DNA of 63,392 nucleotides, counting the filler, from Welwitschia mirabilis (Eukaryota), in assembly GCA_051453625.1 (NCBI GenBank). It is 4 parts of one record of this genome, joined end to end, with 100 filler letters (N's around TTAATTAATTAA, not from the genome) between each part and the next. Parts side by side here need not be neighbours in the genome. Positions count along the whole stretch, not along the records: positions 1 to 17,518 come from JBOZIK010000001.1; 3 more parts are not named here. One strand, written 5' to 3'. Shown in pieces: positions 1-14,941 of the stretch. Each line of letters begins with the position of its first letter. Within the stretch, counting starts at the first letter, position 1. The position numbers and the translations under genes are program-made. Under the pieces are notes generated by a model, which was given only the letters and a program-made list of their open reading frames with translations, did no database searches and was not told where the DNA came from.

Positions 1-2573
1 TTCCTAGATACTCATAGTTAAGTTGATCATCATCAAAAGATTTTAACTTTTCTACTTCAAGTGGATCATCAAATAAGGTTGGCTTATGAAGCATTAATCA
101 TCTTTTCTTAAGTGCATGATTCTATAAAAATAAATTAGATTTAATTTCTTTTTTAACATTTAACTCATTACCCAAATCCTTTTTAGTAACGTCAAATACT
201 CTAATAGTAAACTTATAATTTCTTAAGTAACATTCTATCATTTTAGTTGTAGTATTGATAATACAATGGACTATTGCATAGAAATCTCTACCTAGAAGTA
301 ACGGATAATCTCTACTATGCCTAACTTCAAGCACAACCACATCTATAAGATAGAATTCTTCTTCTTTTTGAATCACTAAATCTATGATTACTTCTAAAGG
401 TTTCTTCACTGATGTATTTGTTAATTTTAAGATAATTCTTATAGGCTTAATTCTACTTTCTAATTCAAGTCATTGAAAAATGTTCAAAGCAATAATGTTA
501 ACACTTGTTTCTATATTTATTAGGGTTTTATTTATTCTTTTGTTCTCTTCTAAAGTAACACTAATAGTTGATGCCCTTAGGTCCTTAAAATTTGGACATG
601 TTTGTAAAATTAATTTTGTTCTAGATTGGGCTAGGAAGACTTTATTAGGTATAGTTTATCTTTGTTTTCTCCTAATCAGATCTTTCCATAACTTAGAATA
701 TTTAGGATTCTCTTGCAAAAGTTTCCAAAAATGTAAATTTATGCTTGCATTTTACATGAAGACATTAATATGTTCATCAAAAATGTAGGATTAGTGTTTA
801 ATCTATTAAGCCAAGAGGTATCATATTTCTTACTTCTATCTTAAAAAGAATTTTTATTATCATCATTTAAAGGAGAAGGGAAAGTATAGTTTTCTAATTT
901 TTTGATATCCTCTTCTTCTTTATCATTTTTATCATTTTGGAATGTTTAATCCATTTATATAGAAGGTTTTATATGATTTTCACTTCTTATCATAACCTTA
1001 TAACCTTTTTTAACTTAATTAGGGTTTGATAAAGGTTGTATTATAAATGACCCTTATGGTAATTGATTAGTAAGCATAGTTTGTTATAAAACATTAACAA
1101 GCTTTTCAATGTTTGAATTTATTTTCTCTTAGGATTTTATTAGCTCATCAATAGAATTACTAAGTGGATCATTTTGGTTTTGTAAGTTTTTTGTGCTTAC
1201 TTGATAACTAGAGTTGCTTGGTTTGATGTTTAAGTTCTAATAGTTAATATTCTCAAATCTATTTTTAAATAGTTGAAAATTGCAATGATTTATTTGAAAG
1301 TTCTAAATTTATTTTCAAAAGATTAAAAACTTGATTTTCTAATTATATTAGGTTGAAATTGATTTTAATTTTAGTTTTGGTTTTGATTTCTAAAGTTTGA
1401 AGACCTCTTATTAAATGCACACATCACTTCATAAATCTTTTCTTTGTAGGTTGATAGTAAAGGATAATTTTTTACCTTAGCATCTAAGATCATTTATGTA
1501 TATTTTTCTAGTGTTATAGTAAAATCCTTAATAAAATTCATTGGTTTTTTTCTCTATTTTCACTTCCTCTTTCTCTTGTTTAACTTCTTTAAGGTTTTAT
1601 ATTTGGCCATCTGTATGATTTTCTTTAAGTGATGGTTTAGGCCATGTTTGACTTACTTTTCCTAGTTCTTCCAATACTTTCCATTCATTTTGTAATTGAG
1701 ATTTATCAATTTTTCTTTACATTAAAAATCTACAAGTTATTTTGTTTGGCTATTAAGTCCATTATAAAAGTATTTTCTTGAGTAAAAGTATCTTTAGGGT
1801 TAGAATGTAATCAAACATCTCTTATAAGTGGAGGCATAATCTTCATTAGGTTGTTGGAAGTTAGTTACTTATTTCCTTCTTTTTCTTATGGTTGTTTCAC
1901 TTATAAATCTTTTTATAAATGTATTATAACCTTTATTTAATATTTTTAAACTTTTATGTGGAATAGTTTTTAATCATAATTTAGCTTTTCCTTTTAGAGT
2001 GATGGGAGCAATAACTATAAAAGTATCATTACTAATTCTTTTTTTCATCATTTCTAGAAGTAAGTACTAATTGTTTAATGTTAGCTATATGTTGTAAGGG
2101 ATCTTTATTTTTTTCTTCATTAAAACTAGGATAGTCATTTAAATTTATTAACTTGATGTTATTACTAGGAGGTAAGTTAAAAGAAGTTTAGATTTTACAT
2201 TTTTTATTTGCTATAAGTTTTTTAAAGGTGATATGAGCATGAGAATTTATAAGGGTAGTAGAAGAGGTTCTGATAATAATAGGAAGATTAGATGAAGTAA
2301 AGTATTTTCGTTTTTGTAATCAATTTGAAATTGTAATAAAATGACTTTCTTATAAAATATACTTTCAAAAATTTTATTTTGAAAAATCAAAATTTAAAAT
2401 AATAAATGTAGAAAAATCTTTTTGCTAAATTTTTGAAGTATTTTGCATATGTAGGATGTGTGTACCTGGGTTAAGTTTATGGTTAATAAAGTCTTCTTGG
2501 ATGTTTTCTTTAATGAATAGTAATTCTCTCTGATATTTCATATTTTTACTAGAATTTACATTCTCATAGCATG
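1..2573 (-). pseudogene. Degenerate Athila-like gypsy gag-protease (element C; runs off the left edge)
   Basis: Minus-strand translation gives PKFKDLRASTISVTLEENKRINKTLINIETSVNII (decayed DPG...D(L/I)GASVN protease motif, ~490-598) and DYPLLLGRDF (ORF 122-409). It is colinear with the + strand copy at 58118-61045. Many stops. Confidence 0.85.
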
Positions 2574-2984
2574 TTTAGTTTTTATTTTAGTATGCGTCAT
2601 CTCTGTGGTTAGCCAAATAATATACCTAGACAACAACACATAAAAAACCTAAAAATGAAAAAACATAGAAAAATAGAATTTCAAAATAACATAGAACAAA
2701 CATAGATAGTCATCCACTAAGTGTTTAGATGATAAAGGAAACAATAAGAAGACCTTAGTTCTTAAGAAAATTAAAAAATTTAAGGCATATAGGTCATCAT
2801 CATCGTGCATCATTAAGATAATTAGGTAGATGATAGGGAGTTTATTTCAAAATGTAAAATAAAATCTACTAAAAGGAAAACCTATGTTTCTATTATAAAA
2901 ATATAGTTCTACTACAAGTAAATACCCAAAGTGAAATCCATAGTACTTATCTAAGTAATGATAATCCTCAAACTCCAAGAAGCT

Positions 2985-3004
2985 TTCTCCAATAATAGCA
3001 CTAA
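2985..3004 (-). promoter_or_regulatory. Decayed Athila-type primer binding site (tRNA-Asp-like)
   Basis: Minus strand reads caaca-tttt-agtgctattattggagaa next to the LTR end. It matches the Athila PBS TGGCGCCGTTGCCGGGGA through transition changes. Confidence 0.7.
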
Positions 3005-3006
3005 AA

Positions 3007-4252
3007 TGTTGATTTGTGTAAATATTATCTTCTCAAGTAGATCCTACCCGTCATACATATATATAGATTTTGCATAACACAACATACTAGTATATATGGG
3101 AGTGACTTAAATGTCACATTCATATTGAAGGTACAACTGAGATGAAAGAGAATTGCTTTTGAAAATAAAACACTATATATTCTTAATGTAGAATGAAATA
3201 ACAATGCATAAATAATAATGCAAATACACTATGTAAATAAAATTCAATTATAAATTAAATGAAATTTTCATCCAATTACCAAATCAACTTATCATGGAGA
3301 TTAATCTTATATAATCTAGATCAATTAAGAAAATCTATCACTAGATTAAGACCAATCTAAGCTATTAGGTACATCAAATAGGATATAAAAACAATGCAAA
3401 GTTAATCTAAAAAAGGAAATGCAATGCATTTAAAATAATAATGTCCATCTTAACAAAGGTTACCCTCATAATCTATATTACTAAATAATCTATCACAGAA
3501 CCAAAATCAACATAAATCATAAGAGATATGCAAAAAATAAAAGATATGAAAGAAAAGTAGAGTTTTGATCAAAACTAAATCAAAATGTATGTTATAAAGT
3601 AGCAGCATCTCAATGAAGAATACATAGCCTAAACCCAAGGAATACATCTCTATGCAATAACAATGGATGGATATTTAGCTCTTTAATCTCCTATCATAAG
3701 AATTTTTAATGAAAATAAAGATAAAAATAAAATTAATGGCTATACAAAATAGAATCTAAAATTAGAAAATACTAATAGGTATGTAAACAACCCTAACAAC
3801 TATGCAAGAAAGTGTGATATAAATGCTTACAGTTTGGTGAAGTTTGATGAAGTATTTTTCTCAGGTGTTAGCCTACTTGTCATTTAGATGATACATGAGA
3901 CAATGCCATCTCATAATATTTCTAAATTAACTACAAGATTGATCTAGTTAGCATCTTCCTTAGCTTAAGTGTTTTTATTTTTTATATAGTCATCTAGATG
4001 ATAATATTAGCAATAGGATTTTGTAGAATTTTCTATGTATTGCATTAGCCTATTTATTTTATAGTATTTTTATTTTAAATAGGAAATATTATAAATTGAT
4101 TTAAATGCTCTAAAATGTAATGAAGATCACATGTTTTTGTGTTATTCATCTTAGATCTTTATTATCATAAAAGTTTAGCATAAATGTATCTAATGTCATA
4201 AAAAAACTACTCCAATTACCCTATCAAATACATATAATTTGATAGTACAACA
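3007..4252 (-). mobile_element. 5' LTR of Athila-like element C (~1246 bp)
   Basis: Termini tgttg (3007) and caaca (4252), PBS adjacent, homologous to the LTRs at 42454 and 56315. It interrupts a copia pol just before the protease motif. Confidence 0.85.
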
Positions 4253-7200
4253 ATTATACTATGTGCTATGAAAAGACATGTATAGTATGTTGACAATAGA
4301 TTTTTCAAATACATGACTAGTGATAAATCTAGCCTTGGTATCTTAATTAAGTAAGGTAAAGGAGCAGTTACCTTTAATGATAATATAAAATCTCCAACTA
4401 AAGGTATTAGAACCATCAAATAAGGTAATAGACTTAAGGTAAAATATGTATGTTATATAGATGATTTGCAACATAATCTACTTAGTATCAATTAACTATG
4501 TGATGAAGATTTCTTTGCAATTTTTACCAAAGATGATTATGTTACAAAGAAGCATAATTTAACCAAGGTGTTATTTGATGTAATTAGAAAATTTAATGCT
4601 TATATACTACATTCTCACATATTTCTAACAAAGAGACTATGTTTTTATTAAGTACAACAGGTAAAGAAAATATATGACATAGAAAGATGGTCATACAAAT
4701 AAAGACCTATTAAATAATTTATCTTCAAAAGATATTGGTAAGAAGAATTTCTGAGTTGCAAAGTTTTGATCATTAAGTGTGTGATGCTTATCAAAAAGAA
4801 AAGAAAATAACCTAAGGTTTGATGAGAAAACTATATTACTACTAAATGTCCATTATATTTTCAATACCTTAGTATTATTGGTCCTTGTTTCATTCAAGTT
4901 CTTGATAAGAAAAGAGATCATCTAACTATTATTGATGATTATTCTTGATTTTCATGAGCCGTATTCCTTGCACATAAAGATGAGGATTTTAATATATTTT
5001 CTAAGTTATGTATTAGGTTATAAAATAAAAAGAAGAACACAAGCTTAAAATAATAGAGAGTGATAATGGCATTAATTTCAAGAATGCAAGGCTTAGTAAT
5101 TTTTGTAAGTAGTTTGGTATTCTTTACTAATACTCTATACCAAGAATAACATAATAGCATAGAGTAGCTAAAAGAAAGAACTAGGTTTTAAATGTATGGT
5201 AAGAATAATGATACATGATCAATAGGTTTTCTATCATTTTTGGATGAAATCCATTAACATTAAATGCTATATTTTCAACTAAGTTCTAGTAAGATGCTTT
5301 ACTTTAAAAAATTTATATGAACTATGGTCTAGTAAGAAACTATAAGTAAGTTTCTTTCATGTATTTGGCTCAAAATGCTTTTTTTTAAAATGAAAAATAA
5401 AATATTAGAAAATTTAATTTCAAAATTGATAACAACATTTTTTAAGTTGTTTTATGTTTAGTAAATCCTACTGTGTATTCAATAATAGAATACATGTGGT
5501 AAAGAAAACTATTAATGTAAAAATAGATGATACTAACTCAATCTCTGTTTATGGAAAGGATGACTATGTACCCACACATATTAAATAATTGTTTGGTAAT
5601 CCTCTAGCAGAATTAGATACTAACTAGGAAAAAGAAGACGAAACTAAAAAGAAAAAAAAAAAATCAAACATGATCAAAATAAAAAATAGTTACTCTACTA
5701 GTAACATCATCGATAGTCCTCATTATGGTATTAAAAGTACAAGTCATTCCAACAAGTTTTATGGATTTGTAGCTTATATCTCACAAGTAGAACCCAAAAA
5801 TCTTAGTGAGACAAAAAGTGGTGAGCATTCGATGCTAGCAATATAAGAAGAATTAAACTATTTTAAAAGATATAATGTTTAAAAACTCACTTCAAGGACG
5901 TCTAATAGACAAAATAGATGAAAATGATAATGCAATTAGAAACAAAACAAGACTAGTAGAAAAAGGTTATAATCAGTAAGAAGATATATATATTTTGAAG
6001 AAACTTTTACACCTATGATACAAATAGAATCTATGAGGATGCTTTCAGATTTACATGTGTTAAATAATTCTAACTTTATCAAATGGCTGTTAATAGTGAC
6101 TTTTAAATGGGATAATTTAAGAGGAGGTATATGCTATATAACATAAATGTTTTATTAATTCCAATAAATTATATTATATTTATAGGTTANNNNNNNNNNN
6201 NNNNNNNNNNNNNNNNNNNNNNNNNNNNNNNNNNNNNNNNNNNNNNNNNNNNNNNNNNNNNNNNNNNNNNNNNNNNNNNNNNNNNNNNNNNNNNNNNNNN
6301 NNNNNNNNNNNNNNNNNNNNNNNNNNNNNNNNNNNNNNNNNNNNNNNNNNNNNNNNNNNNNNNNNNNNNNNNNNNNNNNNNNNNNNNNNNNNNNNNNNNN
6401 NNNNNNNNNNNNNNNNNNNNNNNNNNNNNNNNNNNNNNNNNNNNNNNNNNNNNNNNNNNNNNNNNNNNNNNNNNNNNNNNNNNNNNNNNNNNNNNNNNNN
6501 NNNNNNNNNNNNNNNNNNNNNNNNNNNNNNNNNNNNNNNNNNNNNNNNNNNNNNNNNNNNNNNNNNNNNNNNNNNNNNNNNNNNNNNNNNNNNNNNNNNN
6601 NNNNNNNNNNNNNNNNNNNNNNNNNNNNNNNNNNNNNNNNNNNNNNNNNNNNNNNNNNNNNNNNNNNNNNNNNNNNNNNNNNNNNNNNNNNNNNNNNNNN
6701 NNNNNNNNNNNNNNNNNNNNNNNNNNNNNNNNNNNNNNNNNNNNNNNNNNNNNNNNNNNNNNNNNNNNNNNNNNNNNNNNNNNNNNNNNNNNNNNNNNNN
6801 NNNNNNNNNNNNNNNNNNNNNNNNNNNNNNNNNNNNNNNNNNNNNNNNNNNNNNNNNNNNNNNNNNNNNNNNNNNNNNNNNNNNNNNNNNNNNNNNNNNN
6901 NNNNNNNNNNNNNNNNNNNNNNNNNNNNNNNNNTAAATACATTAAAAAATTATTAATAAAGTATGACTTACATAATTTCAATGTGAAAGATCTTCCACTA
7001 AGAAAAAACATAAAAGTAGACAAGGATGAAAATCCTAAGAAAGTTGGTTAAAATCTATACAGAATTATAATTGTTAGCTTATTGTATCTTATAGCTAGTA
7101 GACCTAAGATTATATTAAGCATAGGAACTTGTACTTATTAATAGAATGATTGTAAAGAATCACATCTCATAGCTATTAAAAGAATATTTCATTATTTAAA

Positions 7201-7708
7201 AAGTAATACTAATTATAGGCCTTTAATATTTAAAGGACTCTTACCTTAATCTAGTTAGATACTTTAATGTAAGTAGGGTAGGTTACTAGGATGATAAGAG
7301 GATCACTAGTGGAATTTGCTTCTTTCTTCAGTAATTCTTATTATCTTGGTGTAGTAAAAAGGAAAATTCAAATACTCTATTAACTAATAGAGCCGAGTAC
7401 ATCACTACTGAAAGTTTGTATGCTCAAATACTTTAGGTGAAGCAAATATTAAAGAACTTTATACTTACCATGAAGAACATTCCTATTTACTACAATAATA
7501 GGAGCACCATAAACATCTCAAAAAATGATATTTATTTAAAACTAAGTATATTAAAATCAAATATCATTTTCTTAGAGATCATGTACAAAATAAAGACATC
7601 ACATTAGACTATATTAAAATGTACAACCAACTCATTGATGTTTTTACTAAAACATTAAGTTGAAAAAGGTTCATCAAATTGTGATAGAACTTAGGGATTG
7701 GAGCTTGA
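4253..7708 (+). pseudogene. Degenerate Ty1/copia (Sirevirus-like, SIRE-1) pol: PR-INT-RT-RNaseH
   Basis: *YVDNRFFKYMTSDK (WYLDSGCSRHMTGD-like, ~4281), integrase ~4850-5350, RT NKTRLVEKGYNQ*E (~5941), RNaseH DKRITSGICFF..LSWCSKK, KYHFLRDHV and QLIDVFTK, ending LGIGA*. Copia domain order. N-gap 6190-6933 lies inside RT. Confidence 0.92.
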
Positions 7709-8443
7709 CCAATCAAGTAAGTTTGTAGATAACTTCTTACAAACTTAACTTAGCATCTTAATTATTGATACATTATAAGTTAAGATATCCTCTAAATGCT
7801 AGAAAAATGTATCATGTGTATCTTTTGTCATTTTTATAGATATATAATTATAATGTTAATGGTAGTTATAGAAGATCTAGAAGTCTCTATTTTATAGAAA
7901 GAATATATTCGAAGTTGCAAAAATCTAATATAAAGATCGCTTTAAAGTTGTGGAGATCTATTGAGTATATGTCTTTAGAGGTTAGGTATATGTATTTTTA
8001 TTTCTTTTTAATTTTGAAAAAGTTATCATTTTTTGGTAAACATCTTTGCCAAACTCAAGTAACTATTAAAAATCTTTATTAGAAGACATCTTTGGGTTCT
8101 ATAAACATCTACTTTTATTATTATAAACATATTTCATATGATAGATTTTTTTAACACAACACATTAAAAATTAAAGTTCATTACAAAAAGAGGAATTTAA
8201 CCCTTTTTAAGTATGAAAGAAATTAGCAAATCTTATTTTTTTATTTTAATCAATATGTATCCCCATCAGAGTGCTCTAAAGCATTTCTTTTCTTGGATAT
8301 CTTAGTATATATCTCTTTAGTTAAAAAAATTGTATAAAATAAAAACAATCAAATGCCATTATTGTGATAACTGCTCATTTTTTTTGATTATTTTAAATAT
8401 CTATATTATAGTTAAGGTCTTTTAGTTTCTTTCTCTTAAAATA

Positions 8444-10148
8444 ATGAGGTAAAATACCTTTAGTACTTCAAAAGAAAAGGAACCTATCATTCAAATAAAG
8501 AGGCCTCAGTGTAAACCATAGTTTTATTATGAATCAGTAGTAAAATGGTTTAAATCTTGGGTTAAAAACTCTATTATTGTAGAACATACTCTTAATTTTC
8601 AAAAACACAAGAAAGATCAACTTATTTATTACTTCTCTTGAGTTATTTGGCATATGATAGTTTAGTTACAATAGAGCATTCTAGACCTAGTACATAAATT
8701 CTATGCAAACATCCATCAAATAGATGATTTCATTGGCATGCTTTAGATACAAATAAGAATGATCTTACTATTTCTTACTCATAGATTTATTAATTCTTCA
8801 TTTAGCATTGTTGTACATGCATTCCTTTAAGGACATCTTTACATGTCATTTTGTTAAGATTTCATGACATACCTTAAGCACTATTTTTTTTGGATATGCA
8901 AGAATGAATTTTCATGAGAACATGCAATGAAAATATATGATACTTGTGATTTAATTTTAAACTTTATTACATTTTAAAATATTCTAGTTCATGGAGATAG
9001 CTATAATTACTATAACCCCATATAGATATTTCTAGTATACTGCCTTCTTATAGAAGTTAAAATTGATCTTGCTTTTATTCTATGCACGAACATTATTATC
9101 CTCTTTTATAAGGGTTATACTTTGGGTTATCCCTATTTGATTAGCTTAATGATTAGTAATGCCAATGTCTTAGTTCCATAGGTTAATCTTATTTTTAGCC
9201 AAATAAGCCATTATAAGAGTTTAGTAAAAAGTAGTATACTTTAGTACAAACAGAAAAAGACATAAGCAAAAGGCCTTTTAAGGTATAATTTTAGAGACAT
9301 TTCACAATAATGCATAGTTCATTGATGAAGACGGTTTTGAGGAAATTTGTAAAAATGATTGGCAAGATTTACAAAAATATATTAAAATTGAAGGAGCATA
9401 GATACATAGTCAGGAAGGGGTAGGCTTCATAGGTAGTTGAAAATCTATGGAAACTTTCATATAGTCTAATTTAGAGGATGAATCTGAGGTAGAGGCACTA
9501 CTAACACATCATACTATAGGATAATAATCAAATAGAGCAAAGAGTTTAGATACTTTAGAGTTTATAGATGAGGAGTCACACTTTTAGGAGCACCATGCTT
9601 CATTACAGGCTCTAGCATAGGCTTAAGGGAGTGGCAAGTGGACTCAGAAAGCTCAAATGATAAGATCCTTATCTTATGTAGGTCTTCTTGTAAGCTATAT
9701 ATTTACCATATCACATAGCCATATTTACTACCTTGTGTAGTTTTATCACCTCAGATGCTAGTATCACCTTTTCTTCCATTATTATCATCACTCACATTTT
9801 TCATTCATGCATCATCTCTTAGTATTATTCTATTCTTTATGTTCAATTTTATTGAGATAGCCATTAATAATTAATTTGACATGTTTATCAACTCTGAGAG
9901 GGACATTCATATGAGAATACAATCCTCTCAAGGTTATGGTAAAACATCACAATAGTTATCATAAAAATCGCATATGCATTTACATATATTATCTTCTTTC
10001 TATACCATCTAGACTCTTATCATCAGAGGTAGTAATGATAATAGTAACAATTATAGTGATCAAACTCATTACATTAGTAATTCAACTCTTAAGTACTACT
10101 TTCTTTTGTACTACCCAAAAAAGAAAAGAAAATGGTAAATTAGATTAA
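8444..10148 (+). pseudogene. Degenerate env-like ORF2 of SIRE-1
   Basis: Lies between pol and the PPT. Starts MR*NTFSTSKEKEP and contains DLVHKFYANI (8684-8713, LVREFYAN-like). The 3' end is approximate. Confidence 0.65.
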
Positions 10149-10524
10149 ACATCTTGTATAATTTTGGAGAATGTGGACTTGAGATGGATGATTGGAGTTT
10201 CTATGAGTGACATCATTATTGATGCTTACTTCTATGTATTTATTAATGATTTTTTTTAGTATTATCTATTACTCATTAAACTCCTTTTGTATTTAGTATA
10301 ATTGTGCTACATTTATTTATTAGGTATCTAGCAATTTAGTATATCAACATTGCTTTTTATTTAATATCTTACAATGATTATCAATGTTTTTTTCTAGTGG
10401 CTTTACTTTTTGTAATTTTTAAATGCCTCATATAATACATTAAGCATCATATTGGATTAATACTATCTCAAGTAAAATTAAACATAATTATACTTATAAG
10501 ATTTACTAAGTTTTAGACATAATT

Positions 10525-10598
10525 AAAAAAGGGAAATATTATTGGTAAAATCTTAATTTTAGTAATTCCACTTGTGAACTACAATGTATCTAATATAC
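10525..10598 (+). mobile_element. SIRE-1 polypurine tract and first ~59 bp of its 3' LTR
   Basis: aaaaaagggaaatat-tattgg resembles the Sirevirus AAAAAGGGGGAGAT-TGTTGG junction. The LTR is cut at 10598 and resumes at 28533. Confidence 0.65.
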
Positions 10599-11790
10599 TA
10601 TTGATGGCCTAAATTACACTTTAAAACTAGTCAATTCTTGAAATAATGAAATTGCAAGTAGGCTTAGTATAGAGTGATTCAATTAACAAATGTCATAACC
10701 TAGAGAGCATAAAATAACATTCTAATAAAGTACATAAATAAGAAAGAAGAAACACTTTAATTTTAGTCCAATCTTTTTTATCAATTTTGTGTTTTTGTAA
10801 TGCAAAAAGGAAAATTAACAAAGTAACTATTCTAATGTGTAATGCAAAAATGAAAGAGAGATGAGATGTAAGCTATGATAACCATATTTCTGTGTTGTTA
10901 TCACTCAACTCATCCCTTGTGACCTATGTTTAATTTAGACTTAATCTAGCAAATAGCATTAATCAAACTTCAACACAAGCCATAAAAGAAATAATAAGAA
11001 TTAAAGAAGAAAGACATTTTATTAAATAAATGGAAAGTCTTATAACGACCTTAGTAAGTTCATGATTTTCCAATGTCAGAAGCACAGCCTAATCACTATG
11101 AATGATCTATCCTTTGCTCAAATGGATGCTTAACTCCTTGGATGCCTTTATCACCAATCCTCTAATAACAAAAGATGACTAAATGATGTCAAATGGGCAG
11201 TTTTATAGTTTTCCTAAGATGTTATGGGTAAGGAAGTTAGTATAGATGAAGAGGAATCATTAGGTGTAAACTAAACATTAATTAACTTAGTTAGAAAGAA
11301 GCTATGGCATTTTGGTATTATTGTTGTTATGGGGATGACACAAGACATGACATCTCTTTATCATCCAATCACAGCCTATTACGTCAGAAACTCATTGATA
11401 TTTGAATTTAAAACTTAATAGATATGTCTTCTTCCTTGTCGTGGGGATGACATGTATCATGATCTTCACCTAAACTTACCACATTTAGCTCACTAAGCTA
11501 ACCTCCAAAATCTAGCTTTAAATACCTTTATCCTTGTATTCATGTCCTTTTTCATGAGGACGATAGTAGGGATGATAGTCATTTTGTTGGGTTTTTGTTC
11601 CACTCTTTACTCCACTTTTCTTCTTAGTTGAATTCTTATTTTTATGGATGAAAATATGGCAATTAACATCATAATTAAATTGTTATATTAGTTCATGAGA
11701 AAATTCCTAAAATTGATTAAATTAAGTTCCTATTCCTTGTAAAACATCACCAATTACACTATTAAAACATGATAATTTGGGATTAAAACA
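10599..11790 (-). mobile_element. 3' LTR of Athila B (~1190 bp)
   Basis: Termini tattga...aaaaca, minus-strand TATA-like ctataaaac near 11200, ggggatgaca repeats, PPT at 11791-11805. Confidence 0.75.
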
Positions 11791-12099
11791 TCGCCTTCCA
11801 TTTAGTATTTTATTAGTACCTCAACAAACAAAGTAAAAGAGGACTTTGTGATGCCAAATCACTAGGGAAAGAAAACATCAAAATTAAATCAAAAATTACA
11901 TTGCATGTCTAGATAAATTAATAATTTAAGAAAAAAGGAAGTCATTATCAAATAGTATTACATGAATATTGATTACTAATTCCAAAGACAATGTGCTTAA
12001 GTACAATGATATGAAAGAAACATAGTTTCTATAAAACTCATAACTACATCAATAATCATGGGTTCTTGTGTGAAGAAAATAGGAACTTAACCTTCATAT

Positions 12100-13351
12100 C
12101 AGTGTCTCTCTTGCCATCTATTTTTATAGGTGGCTTGATGATAGGCTCCTCAATATCTGGAAAGTAATAAGGAATGTACTATCATAGGTTGGATGTGGTT
12201 GCATCATGATGAACAGAAAGTACCTTAAGAATGTTCACCAAGCATCCTACTAAATATCTATTATCCTCTTCAAGGTAGCTCGATCCTACTCCTTTATAGC
12301 ATGAATCCATACATCCAACTAATTAAGTTATGTGGTAATGATATCACAAAGTTCCTCTATCTATGAAGATTGCTTCTACTCCATTCCTCCTAATAATGTC
12401 ATGAAATGATCTAAGATGATGCCTCCAACTACTTAAGGCTGTCTAGGGGAAGATGGTTATGCTGAATGTGTCTCACCAAGAGTTGATGGAGCCATACTAG
12501 GTATCTCTATCCCCAGTCCCTTGAAATAGGTATCATCAGCTATGATATAGACTAAGTGAGGAGTATCCACTAGCATGGGGATCTCAAATTCTTAAAATAG
12601 AGCACTTAGTAGATAAGGATAGATGATGGTATAAAATTGACGTTGGGTGCTCATCCATCTCAATCAGTGTCAAATGAAGGTAACTAAGTCCATCCTCTAT
12701 CCATAATGAATAAAGGCTAAAATCTAAAAATGGGCAATCACAGCATATGAGTCATGATGAACTAAAGCTATGTTATAGATAATGGATCAGTAAAGGATGC
12801 GATAATAGAAGGCAAATATGTCATAGTAACCCATCGCTAATTATCATCTGCATGATATGGTAACTCTAGTTGTGTGACATGTGTTCATCTTTCTAACTCA
12901 TCCCCACTTAGATTAATCCTCTCCCTATCTTTGAAAATCTCTATCACTATTAAAATGTGCTATGATTCAATATATATGTAATGTCCTCCTATAGTGGCTT
13001 TAATCTATTCATAATGTAAGCCATCCTCCTTGGTGGTTGAGATAACCTCAAAGGTATGGTAAAACTGAATAAGCTCCACCTTATAGTAAGAGCCATGAGA
13101 ATGTAATAACTAGCCTTGAATATCAAGATCCTCTAATACATAGTCTAAGTTAGGCTTAAGCCTTTGAATATAGTCACCAAAATGCATCTTTCTTTGGCAA
13201 GTGACAAAAGTAAGGCTATGTCTTTGCTCTTATATAATAGCCTCTAACTTCCATATTTTGCTACTGGGTAGCAACAGAGCATGTGTTGGTTTGAAAAGAG
13301 GATGTAACTGCATTACTACATAAAGAAATCCACAAAATAGGTATGTGCCAT
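12100..13351 (-). pseudogene. Degenerate ORF2 (env-like) of Athila B
   Basis: GC-richer coding-like tract just upstream of the 3' UTR and PPT. ATG at 13351, motif YYKVELIQFYHTFEVI (13041-13088). The end is approximate. Confidence 0.6.
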
Positions 13352-14941
13352 TTTAAGATAAAATGAGAAAATATTCATAACTTTATTTATAGGTAATCAA
13401 ATATTCTCCCATAACAATTGGATTATAGTTAATAAAACAAAGATCAATTTGATACCTAACATGGTGAAACCTATTAAGAATTAAGTGAATAATAATTGAA
13501 AAACTCCAAAAAGTGAAAAACATAAAATTTTAGAAGAAAATAATCATAAGTTTCAATTTAGCAAATGAAATTCGATTTCATAAGTTTCTAAGCATAGATT
13601 GGTTGAAAAAATAAGTGGTATGAAGAGAAATCATCAGATATGGCTTAAAGCAGAATAAATGAGCAAAATTAAAAATTTTAAATCATGGAAAAGATGCATA
13701 ATTACCTTATTTTAATAAAATATGATTGAATTACTCACAATTAATAGCTCTAAAGCTAAAAGATGAGTGAGGCACCTGAGAGAAGTCAGAGGAAACAAGT
13801 GGCATAAGATTTGATTTGAAAATAAGTAAGAAAGAGGGATATAGAAAAAAACTTATCATATTGTCATATCTTATGTCATTAGAATAAAACAAGCAATAAC
13901 ATATGTGTCATTTGTTTTATCATGTGGACGATACTGGGCATGACCATACAAAAGACCTTAGAGAAATATTATAGTCGTCACTCCCTATGTTATGGGAATG
14001 ATAAATTAAGTGATAGGCTTTTAGATTTCTAATTGAGCCTAGATTTTAAAGTTAAACCTTAGTAATAGAGGGCATTTTGATCATAAAGTCAAGTTTTATG
14101 AATTTCAACATTGTACTTAGGAATTGTGAAAATGCCAATATGATGAAGGTAAGCCTTAAGTATTTTTATTAAACTAGGCTTAAAGTTATTAAGAAATCAT
14201 GAATCCAAGATAAGTAATCTACGAAGTATCTAGTGAGAGGGATGAATTTGGTCAATTGGCCAAAAATAGTATTTGAAGGTGCCTAATGGAGAAGTCCAAG
14301 AAAATTTGATGGTTTTAGGTGATTTCTTAATTTTAAACTAATCCAAATTTAAGTTCTTTTAAGTTTTGTAAATGAGAGAAGGATGATGATAATGAATTAT
14401 GTATTGAATTTGCTAAAATATGAAATTTAATATCATGTCCTATGTCATGCGGATAATAGAAGGCATGATAGTATTACAACAAGTGTTATGGTCTTGGTCA
14501 TGTAATGACATGTGACACAACAAGCTTTTTGAAGGAACATGCATAAGATAAATTTAAAATTTAAAGTGGGTCAGTCATATGAATGTTAGAAAAGCATTAT
14601 AAGAATGAGACAAAATAGAATTTTGAGGTAGAAATGGAACATGAGGTGATAAATACATAAAACTAGAAATTGCAAATTGAGAATTGAAGATGAAATGCAA
14701 AAGATTAAGCTCTAACATGTTCACAATATTTTCCAAGGTTAGTAGTTGAATGATAGTATGCATAGAGTTCATGATGGATAACTTGACTTAACTAAAGAAT
14801 TAAACCCAATAAAAATTTTAAAATAATGTAATCTGATTTTAAAAAGTTTTGACTTAACTATTGAAGTATAAAAGAAATGGATTTAAATAAGATAAAGAAG
14901 GTTGATTCCTTTTATTCTATATGCCAACCTAACAAAACTCA

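Noticed and set aside
480..788. Hydrophobic membrane-protein-like ORFs (also 19687-19950, 23546-23809, 62299-62526)
   Set aside because: They are antisense shadows of A-rich retroelement sequence.
6131..7051. Long ORFs in the track (also 43454-43910, 59127-59801, 25838-26029)
   Set aside because: They are open only because they run through N gaps.
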